From: a virus
Lineage: Duplodnaviria > Caudoviricetes
Length of the DNA: 64,000 bases
Direction: 5' to 3' (one strand)
IMG/VR virus record: IMGVR_UViG_3300032232_001415
Span: 1 to 64,000 of that record
Positions 17,141-25,620 of this stretch are shown here, piece after piece. Numbering within the stretch: position 1 is the first letter of the stretch; the number at the start of each line of letters is the position of its first letter. The translations under genes were made by a program, and so were the position numbers. The notes beneath the pieces are model-generated. The model ran no database searches. It saw only the letters and a program-made list of their open reading frames with translations, and was not told the DNA's origin.

Positions 17141-17793
17141 TAACAGAATATTCTCTTTATGACATTTCAATGTCAGATGAAGAGGTTAGGCAAAATTTAA
17201 AAAAAGCTGCTGATTTTGAAATATCTTCAGTTTCCGTATTTAATAATCATATAAAACTTGCTAAAAATATTTTTAACGATAATGTTAAAATTTCTACTCC
17301 AATAGACTATCCATTAGGGATATTAGACTCAAAAACTAGAATAGCATCTATAGAATCCGCTATTAAATCTGGAGCAGATATTATAAATATAACAGCATGT
17401 CCATATTTATTATGCAATAGAAGGTATGATAAATTTAGAGAAGATATAAAAAATAATTTAGAATTAGCTCAAAAATATCAGATATCAATAAGATATATTT
17501 TAGAATATCGGGTTTTTACTTATGAATTATTATATAAGGTAGCTCAAATACTTATTAATGGCGGGATTGATACTATATATCCATCAACAGGATATTTATT
17601 AGATGATATCCATGATAACATCCTGGCATCAGCCCTGATTAATAAAAAAGTACCAATGATTAATATCATATGTAATGGAAATATATGGAATATCGGTCAA
17701 ATTCAAAATATTTATAAAACCAATCTTTATGGAATTAAAGTCAATTCTATTAATGCTTTAAAACTTTTACAAGAAAATAAGCTAAAATCATAA
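17137..17793 (+). CDS. Deoxyribose-phosphate aldolase (DeoC)-like protein lacking the catalytic lysines
   Basis: IDYPLG and AIKSGADII match DeoC, but KTSTG is YPSTG and KVIxE is RYILE. Confidence 0.75.
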   Translation: MITEYSLYDISMSDEEVRQNLKKAADFEISSVSVFNNHIKLAKNIFNDNVKISTPIDYPLGILDSKTRIASIESAIKSGADIINITACPYLLCNRRYDKFREDIKNNLELAQKYQISIRYILEYRVFTYELLYKVAQILINGGIDTIYPSTGYLLDDIHDNILASALINKKVPMINIICNGNIWNIGQIQNIYKTNLYGIKVNSINALKLLQENKLKS

Positions 17794-17839
17794 TTTTAGG
17801 GTATATCATATTAGTCACCCTTTTAACATGGAGATAAAA

Positions 17840-18388
17840 ATGGCCACAAATAAAACAAATGGTAATGTTTATTCAGTCCCACCAAATGTAAAATCTAGCG
17901 GATCAAATAATAATCGTGGCGTTGTAGCTCGTGGAGGTTCAGTTGCTTCCGGTAAACTAACTAATGTTGGCGTTAGCAGATATAACTCAACTGTTTTTGC
18001 TTCAACTGTTGTTGATAATGCTTCAGCAGACAAAGCTTTAAGTTCTGGAACATTTTCTTATCAAAATAATAAACCTGTTGCACAAAGACTAACCTCGACA
18101 ATTTCTGGAGTAGCTAATACCACTCTGCGTAGTGGAGCAGATATTCCTGGCCAAATTAGAGGTATTAATTCTAGAGTGGTATATAGAAATCGTCTTGATA
18201 CAACAGCTTTCAGAGCTGGATATTTTAATTTATATACAGGCAAGTATTCTCCAACACCAACTGTTTATGTAGATAGTGTAGGCACAGACGAAGCAGCAAC
18301 AGTTTCAAGATCATCACCTGGAACATTAGCTTATAAGGGTGGTGCTCTAAATCCTGTTCAGAAAGCATATCCTGCCAAAACAAACTGA
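17840..18388 (+). CDS. Ser/Thr/Gly-rich hypothetical protein (possible virion protein)
   Basis: GGAG RBS, small-residue-rich composition, followed by a hairpin. Confidence 0.6.
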   Translation: MATNKTNGNVYSVPPNVKSSGSNNNRGVVARGGSVASGKLTNVGVSRYNSTVFASTVVDNASADKALSSGTFSYQNNKPVAQRLTSTISGVANTTLRSGADIPGQIRGINSRVVYRNRLDTTAFRAGYFNLYTGKYSPTPTVYVDSVGTDEAATVSRSSPGTLAYKGGALNPVQKAYPAKTN

Positions 18389-18417
18389 TCAATTTAATTA
18401 ATATCATTTTTTTTAAT

Positions 18418-18459
18418 CAATAGACCAGGGGTATAACAATATCGCTGGTTTATTGCTTT
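18418..18459 (+). terminator. Hairpin, probable terminator
   Basis: CAATAGACCAG...CTGGTTTATTG stem followed by CTTT. Confidence 0.6.
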
Positions 18460-18512
18460 AATAGTGTGTATATATAGTTATATATTATATTTTTGTATAA
18501 AGGTAGGTTATC

Positions 18513-18830
18513 ATGAATGAAACTATTATCCATTTTTGGGAAAATTTAGCAACTACTAGTCTTGGTATCATAATTACTATGATTGGATTTTGGTTTACGC
18601 TTGGTAAAAATATGGCAACTAAAGCTGATGTTACAGATATGATAGAGACTAAATCACCATACCTACAAGATAGACAGTTTATCATGGAAAGACTAGCCAT
18701 AAATAAAGAAGCACAAGCTGCTCTAACAAATATGCTACAAAGAAATACAGAAGTTATGAATGAACTAAAAGTACAAATTGCCATGTTAGGTAAAACACTA
18801 GAAGCACTAGAAGACAGAATAGAAAAATAA
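18513..18830 (+). CDS. Membrane-anchored coiled-coil protein (holin/antiholin-like)
   Basis: One N-terminal TM helix followed by a heptad-rich C-terminus. Confidence 0.6.
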   Translation: MNETIIHFWENLATTSLGIIITMIGFWFTLGKNMATKADVTDMIETKSPYLQDRQFIMERLAINKEAQAALTNMLQRNTEVMNELKVQIAMLGKTLEALEDRIEK

Positions 18831-18856
18831 CATTAATTTAAATAACGGAGAAAACT

Positions 18857-19108
18857 ATGTCAAGACCATTCACGGGTATACAAGCCTCTATCTCTGGTAA
18901 TCCAGTTAAAAACGGATCTATTGTTATGGGGACAACATTAACAGGAGAGTTTGCGACTAATTCTCCAGGAGTTACCACATATGGTACTGGTGTTATTAAT
19001 TATGATTCAAGAATAAAAACAACTCCAACAATATCTACTATTGCTAGTAAATATGGAAATAGATTTTATAATGGTATTTTTGTTAATGTTCTACCCAGCG
19101 GGAGCTAA
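18857..19108 (+). CDS. Hypothetical protein
   Basis: GGAG RBS. Confidence 0.6.
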   Translation: MSRPFTGIQASISGNPVKNGSIVMGTTLTGEFATNSPGVTTYGTGVINYDSRIKTTPTISTIASKYGNRFYNGIFVNVLPSGS

Positions 19109-19134
19109 AACCTAAAACTTTATTGGAGATATAA

Positions 19135-19482
19135 ATGGTAAAACCAGGCTATAAAACTAGTGAATTTTGGTTTACTTTAGTAAGTTTTCTTTTTAGTGGA
19201 GCTTATTTAGTTGGATTAATAGGGGATAGTACTCAAAAAGAAGATTTGATTCAAGAAACTAGTAGGGGTTTAGAAGCAACAATTCTGATTATTGGACAAT
19301 TAACTGTACTATTTAAATACATTAAAGGACGCACAGATTTAAAAAAGACTTGGTGGAGCACCGCAAATCCAGAAGAAAGAATAGAGGCCAATAAAAAAAA
19401 TAGAGGTATAAAAAATGAATCTACAAGAAATACTAAAACCAGAACTAGAAAAACTAATAAGTCAAGCAAAAAGCTCTCTTAA
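19135..19482 (+). CDS. Holin-like two-TM protein
   Basis: KPGYKTSEFW start, two hydrophobic helices and a highly basic tail. Confidence 0.55.
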   Translation: MVKPGYKTSEFWFTLVSFLFSGAYLVGLIGDSTQKEDLIQETSRGLEATILIIGQLTVLFKYIKGRTDLKKTWWSTANPEERIEANKKNRGIKNESTRNTKTRTRKTNKSSKKLS

Positions 19483-19843
19483 TGAAGTTCAAAGAATAGC
19501 TTTAGCACAAGCATGGAAAATACTACAATTAGCTATTGTAGCAACTATAAAAATAATAGAAGATAATAGTCCTGAATTAAATGGAAAAGATAAAAAAACT
19601 ATAGCTATGGAAACATTATCAAAGTTTTATGATAGTGTTTTTATTGTAGTGGATGTTCCCTTTGTTCCTAATGTTATAGAGCCTATAATACATAAGTACA
19701 TAAAAACATTTTTGATGGTTCTGGTTGGATCATCTATTGATGCTATGGTAACAACTTTTAGAAACCTAGGAATTTTTGAATATCCACCAGTATCAACATT
19801 GGATCCACAGCTAGATTCTTCACCAAAAATATCAGACAAATGA
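19415..19843 (+). CDS. Hypothetical helical protein
   Basis: G.DKK..AM..L motif followed by an amphipathic C-terminus. Confidence 0.6.
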   Translation: MNLQEILKPELEKLISQAKSSLNEVQRIALAQAWKILQLAIVATIKIIEDNSPELNGKDKKTIAMETLSKFYDSVFIVVDVPFVPNVIEPIIHKYIKTFLMVLVGSSIDAMVTTFRNLGIFEYPPVSTLDPQLDSSPKISDK

Positions 19844-20232
19844 AAGGTTATGCTATGAATTATACAGAAAGTTTTGATCAGTTTGCATCAAGAGTAAGCA
19901 CGATGGATCTTGCTTTATATGCTGGAGTTGGTTTGATTTTATGGATTCTTTTTAAAGATAAATTAAATCCAGTTCAAAAAGTTATTAAAGATATAATTAA
20001 TAAATTTAATAATAAACCTTCAGATAGTCTATCTGCTATTTCTATTCCTTCTTCTGTGGTAGCTTCAAGTAAGACAGAAATTGAATCAAGCGATTTGTTT
20101 TTCAAACTAGTAGCATCTTGGAAACAAACAAGAGATTTGGCAGTTCAAATGAATTGTTCAGAAGCAATAAAAGTTGCTGATGAAATGTTTCCATTTTTAA
20201 GTCCAAATGTTTGTGGAAAGGAAATAAAATGA
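19840..20232 (+). CDS. Membrane protein
   Basis: TM helix LALYAGVGLILWILF. Confidence 0.6.
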   Translation: MKGYAMNYTESFDQFASRVSTMDLALYAGVGLILWILFKDKLNPVQKVIKDIINKFNNKPSDSLSAISIPSSVVASSKTEIESSDLFFKLVASWKQTRDLAVQMNCSEAIKVADEMFPFLSPNVCGKEIK

Positions 20233-20711
20233 ATAATAAAATTATTTTAATTATTGCTGGACTATTAATACTTATTGGTTTACTACAACCTAATTTTGGT
20301 GGACTACTTTCTAGACCCCAATCAATTGATAGTGTTGTTTTAGTGGAACCAAATGAGTCATTGAAACCTGCCGTATCTGCTATTGTTGATGCTTTATCGA
20401 CTGATAGCGATAGGAAAGTTGATGGTAAAAGACTAGCTAGTATAGCTAATGATATTTCTACTTTAATAGCTTTAGATGGTGAAAATGAAGCTATTAAAAA
20501 TACAGAAGAAATTAGACAAATTAATAAGTTGGTTGGACCAATGCTAAAATTAGATATCAAGGGAAAGTATCCAGAACTCGCCAAAGCCTCTCAGGATTTA
20601 ATAGTTTCTGCCATAGGCGACGATGTGCTTCTTTTAGATAAAGACCTTAGAATCAAAGCCTCAGAGGCTTTCAAGGCACTAGCATGGGCATACAATGAAG
20701 GAGCCAAATAA
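20229..20711 (+). CDS. Secreted or membrane-anchored helical protein
   Basis: Signal-like MNNKIILIIAGLLILIGLL; ATG 20229 overlaps the upstream stop. Confidence 0.6.
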   Translation: MNNKIILIIAGLLILIGLLQPNFGGLLSRPQSIDSVVLVEPNESLKPAVSAIVDALSTDSDRKVDGKRLASIANDISTLIALDGENEAIKNTEEIRQINKLVGPMLKLDIKGKYPELAKASQDLIVSAIGDDVLLLDKDLRIKASEAFKALAWAYNEGAK

Positions 20712-21637
20712 TGCCACGATACTCGCCGCAAGAACTATATAATAATTATCGCAAAGGTTTTAGTGGATGTCTTTGGGAAAAGCATGTTTTTGATAATTTA
20801 ATGGAGAATAGTAAATATCCATTATTTGGAGCTGCTAGTAAAAAAATTAAAAGTAGTGGTAAAGGCAAATTATCAACACCATACAAGAGTGTGCTCAAGT
20901 TTGATAAGAATCCATATAATGAAAGACAAACTACTGGAGATTGTGTGTCCCATGGAACACGAAATGCTTGCGATGTTAGTAGAGCAGTAGAAATAGATAT
21001 AGGTGGCGAAAGAGAAGCATGGATAGCTAAAGGAGCAACAGAAGCAATATACGGAGCAAGAGGACACGGCGGAGAAGGAATGAGTTGCTCTAGAGCAGCA
21101 GAATTTGTTAGCAAGAATGGTGGAATAGTGTTGCGCCAAAACTACAAGGGTGTTGCTGACTTTACTAAATATAATGGTAATCTAGGTGCCGGTTGGGGCG
21201 GACGAGGATTACCAGATCCTGTTATTGATCTTGCTAATGATCATCAAATTAAAACCACATCATTAGTTAGAACTATTGAAGAAGCCCGCGATGCTCTTGC
21301 TAACGGCTATGGTTTAGCGGTATGTTCTAACTATGGGTTTTCTAATAAAAGAGATAAGAAGGGAATTGCTAATACTAGTGGTAGTTGGGGCCATTGTATG
21401 GCTTGGATAGCATGTGATGATACTGGTAGTGAGCCATTATTTCTTGTGCAAAATAGTTGGGGTAAATGGAATGATGGCGGTCATCCAGAATGGGGTCCAA
21501 TTCCTGACGGTAGTTTTCTTATTCGTGCTGAAGTTGCTGCTGGAATGTTAGCTCAAAATGGTAGCTATGCTTTTAGTAATTTTGATGGATTCCCACTTCA
21601 AAAACTTCCAACTTATGGATTTGAAGATTACTTATGA
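20711..21637 (+). CDS. Papain-like (C1) cysteine peptidase, triad intact
   Basis: Q..GDCVSH (oxyanion Gln and Cys), GHCM (His), VQNSWG (Asn). Confidence 0.85.
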   Translation: MPRYSPQELYNNYRKGFSGCLWEKHVFDNLMENSKYPLFGAASKKIKSSGKGKLSTPYKSVLKFDKNPYNERQTTGDCVSHGTRNACDVSRAVEIDIGGEREAWIAKGATEAIYGARGHGGEGMSCSRAAEFVSKNGGIVLRQNYKGVADFTKYNGNLGAGWGGRGLPDPVIDLANDHQIKTTSLVRTIEEARDALANGYGLAVCSNYGFSNKRDKKGIANTSGSWGHCMAWIACDDTGSEPLFLVQNSWGKWNDGGHPEWGPIPDGSFLIRAEVAAGMLAQNGSYAFSNFDGFPLQKLPTYGFEDYL

Positions 21638-24489
21638 CCTATTGTCTGCGAAGTCAAAATTCTAATTACTTCGTCAGATATAAGGATGGTATACCATATA
21701 TATACTATACAGAATTCCAGCCTAATCCACCATCAGATGAATGCGGCATAAATCTACGTTTTTTATGTTATGATTTTTATGATACTAATACATATTATAA
21801 TCTAAATTGGAATCCAGATACTTGCGATAATGGATATACTCATATAACACAAATTCCAGTTAATAGTTATTTATATCCGCAACTTAGAAATCCACCAGTC
21901 GGATCCTATAATTTATTATGTGGAAATAATTATGATATTAGAATATCTGATAAAATTAAAATTAGTATTCCAGATGACCCAATTTTTAGTGGAACCTATG
22001 TATTTGATTATGTTCCGGGTGGTGGCGACTCGGATTTATTTTCATCTAATTGGATTTTAAATTCAGTAGAAAGTAATCATAATCTTAGTTCATATAATCA
22101 TCCTGATAGTGCAGCTAATGGAAAACTTTTAGTGTCACTATGTAATAGTGATTTTTCAGCTAGTGTTTTTGGATATCCAGGATATATGGAAATTAAAACA
22201 TCATATTATAATGATGATAATAATGCCGCAGCTAGACAATTAGAAGATGTTTTTGCTTTTCCTGCTGAATTTATTTTTACTGCTGTTCAACCTCCATGTC
22301 CTTGTACCGGTATTCCTGATGTAGATTATATTGGAACGTCTGGCATAGGTCATAGAGTAACAGTTGCTCTTGCGGCCCCTATTAGATGGAGACATCCATA
22401 TAGAGACTGGATATTAGTTGATAAAGTATCTCATACAATAGATAATTCTATTATTAATTATGCTACTGGAACCTTATTTAATGATGGAGCATTATATGTT
22501 AATCGTGATATCTATTTGTTAAATAGTAAATATATCAAATATACCAAATCTTATGTTCCTGGTACTGCTAATACTGTTATTGGTGATGGATACATCAGCA
22601 TAGCACCTAACGATTATGATGGCTTAACTTCTATAGTATGTACTGGTATTCCTGATCTAGGAATTGCTTTTAGATCATCTGCTTATGGACTAGGAATAGA
22701 TAGAGGTCAGACTTACTATTTTGATTCTACTGCTAACATACAAGGTATAGGTGGATTTCAAGAATTTACTAGGAATGTTGTTGATAACTGGGACTTTATT
22801 ATAAAAGACGAAAGACCATTTTTTGATAGTAAGATACCAATCAAAGCTAATGTAGAATTTATATATTCATGCCGACCAGGATTACCGTGTTTTAATATTA
22901 CTCCATCAATAATAAGTCCAGTAACTGGAACAGGAATTGGCTGCATAGTTGATTACTATACCTCAATAAATATAGATTATTTATGTGGAGAATACGACGG
23001 CAAGCCAGACGATGCCTATTGGATAAATAATAATATCACATCAACAAATATTATATATTCTGGAATATCAGGTCTTTTACCCACATTATATAAATATGGA
23101 GGAGGAGGATGGACAGATAACATTGTTTATGAAGCTTATATTACTAATGATGAAAATCCAGTAATATCAATTCCTTATACTGGTTATTCCAAACCTAGTT
23201 CGGTCAGAGATTGGATTAATAGAGAATTAAGACTTGTTTATTTTGGTCAGGATGCAAATGGCAATCTTGATATTAATAATATTTCTTCTACTAATCCTGT
23301 CGTAGATTTACATTGGAATATTGTTGGAAATAGTGCAACGGCTTATATAGTACCAAGTGATGAAGATGCCTACACCAGTATAGCTCCTCAATTAATGCTC
23401 ATTAATGCAGGAACATCGGATGTTAATGGAAAATATATATGGGATAAATATTCTAATCAATTTTACCAGCAACCGAATAATGGTTTTTCTATCAGGCTTT
23501 CATATGACTTAAATGATACAATTAATAACTATAACTATGGTTGGCGAGTGGGTAGATTTGATATTAATACTAATGGTTGGGTTCCATACTACAAAGTATC
23601 CGGATTTATTAATCTAATAGATAGAACAAATTCATCTTATATTAATTCAAATTGGATCATACCAAATAATTGCTATAGTGGTCTTTATCCTCCTCCGAAT
23701 AGCATTACCGATCCCTCTGGAGATCATAAGTATATTTATGTTTCCGAGGCAGAGTCTGTTCTTAATGGATACTACTATTTAAATGCTCAAACCGGATTCT
23801 GGACTTCCATTCAGAATCCGAATGCTCAAATACGACTAATTGATTCTAATTATTTTATTGGTATAGTATCTAATAATATTTATAATATATATTATATGTT
23901 ATACAACGGATATGCTCAATTTTTGGGTAGTGAATTAATTTATTATGGTAATAAAATAGGAAATACACTTAGTTTAAATATAGACGCCCATCCTAATTGC
24001 ATATTAGATATATCTCCTCCAGAAACTATTACTATAAAACCGTGTTCAATAGGTACTGGGCTAGCAACATTAAGATTTTGGAGAAATATATATTCAACAT
24101 GCAATTCTGTTGATGGAACAGGAGTTGCGAACCAAACAATAAATATAAGCTGTGCTAGTGGATCAATAGGTGTTAATAATGACACCCTTAATGCTGGATC
24201 TTCTAAAATATATAATACTATACCTTTCGATTCAGCCAATGGCACAGTAACTACTAGTAATGCTGGCATAAATAACCTTATATTTATACAAGGATTAACT
24301 ACGGATGCTGCATTTTCAGGAAATGCCATATTAAACTGGAATAATAATAGGGATCATGATTTATATGGACAATTAACTTTATCATCATATATTGGACAAA
24401 TTAATTCATCTAGTCCAGTTGGTGTATGGATAAGTAATGGGCGTTATTTGGGTAATGCAAATCCTAGCTCAAAAATGGAAATATTTTAA
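21634..24489 (+). CDS. Large beta-rich Tyr/Asn/Gly/Cys-rich protein (possible virion appendage or adhesin)
   Basis: 951 aa, with repeated modules such as AGTSDVNGKY / AESVLNGYY; no enzyme motif recognised. Confidence 0.55.
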   Translation: MTYCLRSQNSNYFVRYKDGIPYIYYTEFQPNPPSDECGINLRFLCYDFYDTNTYYNLNWNPDTCDNGYTHITQIPVNSYLYPQLRNPPVGSYNLLCGNNYDIRISDKIKISIPDDPIFSGTYVFDYVPGGGDSDLFSSNWILNSVESNHNLSSYNHPDSAANGKLLVSLCNSDFSASVFGYPGYMEIKTSYYNDDNNAAARQLEDVFAFPAEFIFTAVQPPCPCTGIPDVDYIGTSGIGHRVTVALAAPIRWRHPYRDWILVDKVSHTIDNSIINYATGTLFNDGALYVNRDIYLLNSKYIKYTKSYVPGTANTVIGDGYISIAPNDYDGLTSIVCTGIPDLGIAFRSSAYGLGIDRGQTYYFDSTANIQGIGGFQEFTRNVVDNWDFIIKDERPFFDSKIPIKANVEFIYSCRPGLPCFNITPSIISPVTGTGIGCIVDYYTSINIDYLCGEYDGKPDDAYWINNNITSTNIIYSGISGLLPTLYKYGGGGWTDNIVYEAYITNDENPVISIPYTGYSKPSSVRDWINRELRLVYFGQDANGNLDINNISSTNPVVDLHWNIVGNSATAYIVPSDEDAYTSIAPQLMLINAGTSDVNGKYIWDKYSNQFYQQPNNGFSIRLSYDLNDTINNYNYGWRVGRFDINTNGWVPYYKVSGFINLIDRTNSSYINSNWIIPNNCYSGLYPPPNSITDPSGDHKYIYVSEAESVLNGYYYLNAQTGFWTSIQNPNAQIRLIDSNYFIGIVSNNIYNIYYMLYNGYAQFLGSELIYYGNKIGNTLSLNIDAHPNCILDISPPETITIKPCSIGTGLATLRFWRNIYSTCNSVDGTGVANQTINISCASGSIGVNNDTLNAGSSKIYNTIPFDSANGTVTTSNAGINNLIFIQGLTTDAAFSGNAILNWNNNRDHDLYGQLTLSSYIGQINSSSPVGVWISNGRYLGNANPSSKMEIF

Positions 24490-24650
24490 TGAGACTCTTA
24501 GATAAAATTGCTCTGAATAGATTAATTAGTATACTTACTAATTTTATACTTGGATTAATAAAGGCTTTTTCTCCAAAATCGATTGATGAAATAGAGCTAC
24601 CAAAACCAAAACGTAAAAAAATATTACCATGGAGAAATTCAGATGAATAA
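24489..24650 (+). CDS. Small 53-aa amphipathic/basic protein (missing from the ORF track)
   Basis: MRLLDKIALNRLISILTNFILGLIKAF...PKPKRKKILPWRNSDE*; overlaps both neighbours and fills the gap exactly. Confidence 0.65.
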   Translation: MRLLDKIALNRLISILTNFILGLIKAFSPKSIDEIELPKPKRKKILPWRNSDE

Positions 24651-24969
24651 AACTATAGTTTCCTTACTAATAGGATCGTCACTTCTCTTTGGTTCATATG
24701 GATATAACGGATCAACAACTGCTGCTATAACAGCTATTGGTGGCATAATAAAAGCACAACATGTAAATGTAGAAAAAAAATATAAAAGAAAAGATTGTCC
24801 AGTTTGCAAAGGCAAAGGATTCTATATTAGTGGAGACGGTATTAGTAAAGTAGATTGTGGATATTGTGAGCCAGAAAAACAACAGTCATCGAAAGTAATA
24901 GTTCATCCTCCAATAACAATAAAACAAAATTGTCCAGATGGTAATTGTTCTGCTCCTAAAATAAATTAA
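24643..24969 (+). CDS. Secreted Cys-rich protein with DnaJ-like CxxCxGxG motif
   Basis: Signal peptide, CPVCKGKG..CGYC and C-terminal CPDGNC. Confidence 0.65.
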   Translation: MNKTIVSLLIGSSLLFGSYGYNGSTTAAITAIGGIIKAQHVNVEKKYKRKDCPVCKGKGFYISGDGISKVDCGYCEPEKQQSSKVIVHPPITIKQNCPDGNCSAPKIN

Positions 24970-24980
24970 AGGTAGTTAAT

Positions 24981-25370
24981 ATGAACAATGAAAAATTAAA
25001 AAAAATAGCAGAAAAAATTTTACAAAAAGCTAATATTAATGATGATCAAAAATTTGGTAGTGTTATAGCCATTTTAATGGTAATAAGCATTATATTAACA
25101 GTTGTAAGAATTTTGCAAGAATGTAATAAAAATAAAACACAAGATATGACATCTCAGGATAAGTCTATAGTTTATGGAGAGAATATCAGATCATATAGTA
25201 AAAAACGCGGGTGGTTTACAAGAATGAGAATCAAAAAAATTGTTAGAAGAGAACTCACACCCGAAGAATTTAATCAATATGGTATTAAGTTAGTAGAATC
25301 AATGTTAGATATAGGAGAAAACCTCACGGATGATGAAGCATGTACACTAGTGGAGGCGGCAAATGTTTAA
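24981..25370 (+). CDS. Membrane protein
   Basis: TM helix FGSVIAILMVISIILTVV. Confidence 0.6.
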   Translation: MNNEKLKKIAEKILQKANINDDQKFGSVIAILMVISIILTVVRILQECNKNKTQDMTSQDKSIVYGENIRSYSKKRGWFTRMRIKKIVRRELTPEEFNQYGIKLVESMLDIGENLTDDEACTLVEAANV

Positions 25371-25614
25371 TATATTAGTATGGTGTGTTTATGGTATATT
25401 TGTTGGAGCTATAGCTAAAAGTATAGTTCCTGGAGAAGAAAATTTTGGATTCGTTAAAACAGTGGCACTTGGCGTTGCTGGTTCATATGTTGGTGGAGCC
25501 CTATTATATTTACTAGGTAGTTCGTCAGCAGTGTCTCCAGCTGGATTATTCATGGGGGTAGTTGGCGGTATTATATCGCTAGTAGTTTATAATAAACTAT
25601 CAGAAAGAAAATAA
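25363..25614 (+). CDS. GlsB/YeaQ/YmgE (transglycosylase-associated) membrane protein
   Basis: W...GIFVGAIAKSIVPG...TVALGVAGSYVGG; three TM helices. Confidence 0.85.
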   Translation: MFNILVWCVYGIFVGAIAKSIVPGEENFGFVKTVALGVAGSYVGGALLYLLGSSSAVSPAGLFMGVVGGIISLVVYNKLSERK

Positions 25615-25620
25615 TGAATA

